From the NCBI GenBank assembly GCA_963804525.1, contig CAWDQO010000005.1, positions 107,871 through 171,870 of the forward strand: a stretch of DNA of 64,000 nucleotides. Direction: 5' to 3'. How positions within the stretch are numbered: position 1 is the stretch's first letter; each line of letters begins with the position of its first letter. The position numbers were made by a program, and so were the translations under genes. The notes below the pieces were generated by a model that saw only the letters and a list, made by a program, of their open reading frames with translations, was not told the origin of the DNA and did not search any database. This DNA is from an uncultured Thermoplasmata archaeon. Its GTDB lineage: Archaea; Thermoplasmatota; Thermoplasmata; Lutacidiplasmatales; UBA184. Shown in pieces: positions 59,702-64,000 of this stretch.

Positions 59702-62677
59702 CTAGTTCGCCGGTTCCTCGGGCTCGGCCCACTCGTCGGGGGCCTTCGGCGGGGGGGGCGTCGCGGGGCGGCGCCGGAGGACGACGACCAGGGCCACGAC
59801 GACGAGGAGCGCCACGAGCCCGACGACCAGGAGGTCGAAGGTGGTGGCCGGCAGGCCCGCGATCGTGTTCGACGTCTTCGCCGTGACGTTCACGTACGCT
59901 TGCGCGCTCGTCGTCTCGCCGAGCGAGTCGTGGACCGTGACGGTCACGATGAAACTACCGGTGGCCGTCGGAGTGCAGGGGAGGGAGTTCGTGTTCCCGG
60001 TCGCGCATCCCGTCGGGAGTCCCCGGTAGGAGTACCGAGTAGACCGAGCTCCCGTTCGTCGCGTTGGTCACGATCTGGACGGTGCTCCCGATCGTGGTCG
60101 GATTGGTGCTCGGACCGAACGAGGAGATCGAGGGGTCGGGGTGGACCACGACCGACCCTTTGGACATCGAGGTCAGCCCGAGCGCGTCGGTGACCGTCAC
60201 GGTCACGGTGTACGTTCCGGCCGTGCGCGGGACGCACGTGGTCGCGTTCGAGGTCGCGACGGCCGCGCACCCTTGTGGGAGCCCGACGAAGTCGTAGCTG
60301 TAGGGGGTGGTGCCCCCGACGGGGGCGGCCGAGAACGTCACGTTCTGGCCAAGGTCGATCGCCGCGGGGCTCGTCGTGACCTCCTCGAGCGAGACCGGGG
60401 CCCGGACCGTGAACGAGAAGTTCTCGAAGACGGAGAACCCCGTGGTGTCGGTCACCTCGGCCTCGACGGTGAACGTACCCGTCTCGGTCGGGGTGCACGA
60501 GTTCGCCGGGCTATTCGCGAGGCTGCACCCGGTCGGTTCCCCGGAGTACTGGAACGTGTCGGCGCCGGTGCCGCCGGTGACGTTCGCCCACAGGTGGACC
60601 GGAGTGCCGACGTCGACCGCCGCGGGCGAGGCGTTTCCGGAGGTGAACATCGGGTCGGCGGCGACGGTCACAAGAACGGAGGTGTTCGCCGCCCACCCGT
60701 CGGCATCGGTCGCGACGAGCCCGATCAGGCCGTTCGACGCACCGGTGGGGGTACACGTGACCGAGGAGGCGTTCACCGACGGGCAGCCGGGGGGCAGGTC
60801 GATCCAATCGTAGGTGACCGGAGCAGTCCCGCCGGCAAGGATGCTCGTGATGTGGAGCGATTCGCCGACGTCGAGGAGGGAAGGGAGCGCGGTGATCCCC
60901 GTGAAGTCGGGGCGGGCGTTGACCGATACGGTCACGCTCGCCGTCACGTACTCCCGAACGGCGTCGGTCACGTTGACGGTGACGAGGGTCGCGGGTCCGG
61001 CCGCCGTTGGGGTACAGTTCAGTACGGCCCGATTCACCGAGGAGCAACCGCCGGTAGCCCCGTGTACCGGTAGCTGAGGGGCGCGGTCCCGCCGCTGACG
61101 TTGGTCGAGAACGTGACGACTGAGCCGACCGTGACCTGGGCGGCGGAGTGGACGAACGAGGAGACCACCGGGTCGGGGTTCACGACGAGCGTCGTGTTCT
61201 CCAGGCTCAGGACTCCGCCGGAGTCGTTCAGGGTCACGTTGACCGGGAACGAGCCGGACGCCGACGGCGTGCAGTTCAGGACGGAGACGTTCGCCGGGAG
61301 GCAGCCCGGGGGGAGCGTGGTGTAGTTGTACGAGACGTACCCGCGGTGGGCGATCGGGGTCGCGTTGATCGCCGCCGTCTGCCCGAGGTCGATCGCTCCC
61401 GGAGCGACCGTCACCTGCCCGAGGATCGACGGACCGAGCGCCCACGTCTCGTTCGTAAACGTGGCGTTCGCGGCCCACTCGCCGCCATACATCAGGACGT
61501 ACCCGTCGACCGGGTCGTACGCCATCATCGAATACGCGATCGCGGCGGGAGAATGGCCGAGCGAGCTCGTGAGCGAGGTCCAGTTGCCGTTCGTGAAGTT
61601 CCACGTGTCCGCGTACTCCGTGGTGCTCGTCTCCGCCTCGCCTCCGAACAGCACGACCGTTCGGGCAACGGGCGAGTACGTCGCGGCGTAGTAGACCCGC
61701 GACGACGGATGGGTCGTCGGGGAGAGGCTCGTCCAGGTCAGGTTATGGTACTCCCAGGTCGTCCCGTCCGGACAGGCGGTGGTGCACCCGCCGAACAGGA
61801 CGGAGTAGTTGTCCACGGGGTCGTAGACCATCGTCGCCCGGTACCGACCGGGGGGCTCCCCGTGACGTTCAGCTTCGTCCAGTCCCCGTGCAGGAACTCC
61901 CAGGTGTCGGAATAGACGGTCGTCCCGGCGAGGTCCGTCCCCCCGAACATGACGACGTACCCGTCCCCGGCATCGTACGTCATCGACTGCCGCCAGCGGC
62001 CATCGGGCGTCTGGTTCGTGGTTCCGGTAATGTTCGTCCAGGTTCCGTGGACGAACGTCCACGTGTCGTTCAACACCGCCAGCGTGGTCGAGCCGCCGAA
62101 CATGACCGCGTACCCGTCGGCCGCGTCCCAGGCGATGCTCGCGACGTACCGTCCGGGGGGACCGCTGACACTGAGCTCGGTCCACTGGTTGTGGGAGAAG
62201 GTCCAGGTGTCGGTGAAGAGGCCCGCCCCGCTGTCGCCACCGAACAGGAGGACGTACTGGTCCACCGGGTCGTAGACCATGACGCCCAGATACCGGGCGG
62301 GCGGGGCCGGGCCAACGGCGCCGGTGAGGTAGGTCCAGGTCTTCGGATTGACCCCGGCCACCGACGGCCGCGCCGCCGGGCGGGCCGGTGCGGCGGACGG
62401 GCAGGGCGTCCCGAGAAGACGGGACGCCTCACAGGTGAGGTTGGCCGAGGACTCGAGCACCGGGCCGGTGCCGGCCGCCCCCGAGGTGAGCTGGACGGAG
62501 CTGTGGTCGGAGGTCAGGCCGGTCCCGGCGGACCGGCACCGCCCCGGTCGGAAGGAGAAACAGGAGGGCGACCGCGACGGGAAACGCCGCGTGGAGGACA
62601 ATTCGGGAACTCTTCGTCGAGCGTCCGGGTCGGAGGCGCGCCGCGGCCACTTGCGGGGGAAACGGTCTGGCGGTCAT
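59702..62677 (-). CDS. Kelch beta-propeller + multiple PKD-like Ig repeats + C-terminal TM; about 4 frameshifts (near 62530, 61850, 61052, 60036)
   Basis: YDP.D.Y..LFGG..DTW repeats, GG..PY.Y...GLP.GC...CTP repeats, TM LLVVGLVALLVVVALVVVL-RRR. Confidence 0.82.
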
Positions 62678-62838
62678 CTAACTTTGCTTTGGCTCTCGTC
62701 GTGGTCCCCGGCGGGCTCGACGGGACAATTCCCGGGGGTGCCGTTCGGGCTCGCCCTCTGCGCCCCCCCCGAGGGGCGTCCCCCCGTGGTCGCCCTAGGG
62801 GGCCCGACCCCATCGCGGGGTCCGGGCCGGCTCGGTGG

Positions 62839-63783
62839 TCAGATTGCGAGGACCGTCTTGCCGCGGAGCTTCCCCTGCCGGCTCGCCTCGAGGACGTCGG
62901 GGGCCGAGTCGAGCGGAACCTTCTGCTCGACCGGGATCCGAAGCAGCCCCTTCGAGTACTCCGCGGAGAGACGGTCGAGGAGCTCCGTCTTCGGCTGGAG
63001 TCGGATGTTGAAGGCGCGGAGCCCCCGGGCGCTCGCGATCTCTTCGGTCGCGGCGCCGACGGTCGAGGCGATCGCACCTCCCGGCCGCACGAGCCCGAGG
63101 TTCGCCTCGAACTCGGCCCCGCGATGGGTCAGGTCGAGGAGCGCGTCCACCCCGTCCGGATACCCGCCCTTGACGTTGTCCAGAAACGTCATCGCGGTGG
63201 CGTCGTAGAACCGGGTCGCTCCGAGCTTGTGGAGGTAGTCCTGGTTCGGTCCCCGGGACGCGGCGATGGTGTGGATCCCCTGGTTCGCCGCGAGCTGGAC
63301 GGCGAACGACCCAACCCCCCCCGAGGCGCCGAGGATGAGGAGCGTCTGGCGCTTCGTGAGCCCGAGCTCGTCGAGCGCCTGCAGGGCGGTCATCCCCGGC
63401 GTCGGGATCGCGGCCGCCGGGTCGTTGTAGAGCCCCCGGGGCCGGAGGGCGATCGCGATCGACTCGGGCACGGTCACGTACTCCGCGTAGGTTCCTACCC
63501 CCACGGGGGAGTGCAGGAACTGGCCGAACACCCCGTCGTTCACCTTGAGGCGGGTCACGCCGGGACCGACCTCGTCGACCGCCCCGGCGCCGTCGACGCC
63601 GACGATGAGGGGGAAGACGTGGGGCCGCTCCCCGTCGTAGATTCCGTCCAGGATCTTCCAGTCGAGCGGGTTGACGCCAGCGGCCCCCAGGTGGACGAGC
63701 ACCTCGCCCTCGCCGGGAACCGGCTTGGGGAGGTCCATCCGCTCCGGCGTGTCGCCGAACTTCCGAATCGCGATCGCCCGCAT
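62839..63783 (-). CDS. NADP-dependent quinone oxidoreductase-like (MDR family)
   Basis: AGVNPLD, G.DGAG, TALQAL, GASGGVG, GKTVL. Confidence 0.93.
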   Translation of the reverse strand: MRAIAIRKFGDTPERMDLPKPVPGEGEVLVHLGAAGVNPLDWKILDGIYDGERPHVFPLIVGVDGAGAVDEVGPGVTRLKVNDGVFGQFLHSPVGVGTYAEYVTVPESIAIALRPRGLYNDPAAAIPTPGMTALQALDELGLTKRQTLLILGASGGVGSFAVQLAANQGIHTIAASRGPNQDYLHKLGATRFYDATAMTFLDNVKGGYPDGVDALLDLTHRGAEFEANLGLVRPGGAIASTVGAATEEIASARGLRAFNIRLQPKTELLDRLSAEYSKGLLRIPVEQKVPLDSAPDVLEASRQGKLRGKTVLAI

Positions 63784-63895
63784 CGGAGGAGGCTAGCCTC
63801 GGGCTCCCATGAAGGGTCGGGTCGCGGAGGGCGCCATCCACCGGCGAGGGTCCGCCGGGGGATGGGTCGGTTCCGAGAACGTACCGAGCCCGGGG

Positions 63896-64000
63896 CTAGG
63901 GGGCGCCCGGGCCGCGTCCGATGTCGTCCATGATCTGGTTGTATTGTTCGCGGGTGATCTCGCCCCGCGCGTACCGCATCCGCGCGACCATCGCCGGCCG
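63896..64000 (-). CDS. SHOCT-domain protein, C-terminal fragment
   Basis: Translated by hand: ARMRYARGEITREQYNQIMDDIG..TAG. Confidence 0.75.
   Translation of the reverse strand, partial: RPAMVARMRYARGEITREQYNQIMDDIGRGPGAP

Noticed and set aside
2641-63933. Many long antisense or alternate-frame ORFs rich in Arg/Pro/Gly (e.g. 2641-5937, 52753-55515, 61888-63933)
   Set aside because: Shadow ORFs expected at very high GC; they overlap well-supported genes and show no motifs.
1-64000. CRISPR array, rRNA, IS element, SRP/RNase P RNA, TPP riboswitch
   Set aside because: No regularly spaced repeats or diagnostic motifs seen by eye; repeats present are protein-domain repeats (Kelch, PKD, Ig).

Overview
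High-GC archaeal chromosomal segment, most consistent with a soil-type Thermoplasmata lineage. Evidence for this is the thermosome, the Pus10-L21e-RpoF-DUF655-KsgA cluster, XerA, class II LysRS, ThyX, bacterial-type RibA and many Kelch/PKD surface proteins; placement in the UBA184/Lutacidiplasmatales-like group is inference. The window holds about 60 genes and one tRNA-Cys(GCA). I found no rRNA, CRISPR array, transposase or provirus. About 20 single-base frameshifts interrupt genes, including essential ones (metG, thyX), so they are most likely long-read assembly errors; about half lie at or next to GTAC. The most interesting observations: (1) a sharply localised patch of A/T-ending synonymous codons over the ThyX catalytic motif; (2) a putative metal-homeostasis locus with a ZIP transporter, an HTH-ferritin fusion regulator, a multi-TM polyferredoxin and a degenerate orphan PstS-like protein read in frame with it, next to ribA and a LigB-type dioxygenase; (3) a Kelch-PKD-TM-winged-helix one-component membrane receptor; (4) a membrane-anchored PNGase A-family enzyme; (5) the GTAC-linked indel pattern, suggesting DNA methylation; (6) repeated GATTnnAATC boxes upstream of the thermosome. 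All family calls come from motif recognition by eye, not database searches.
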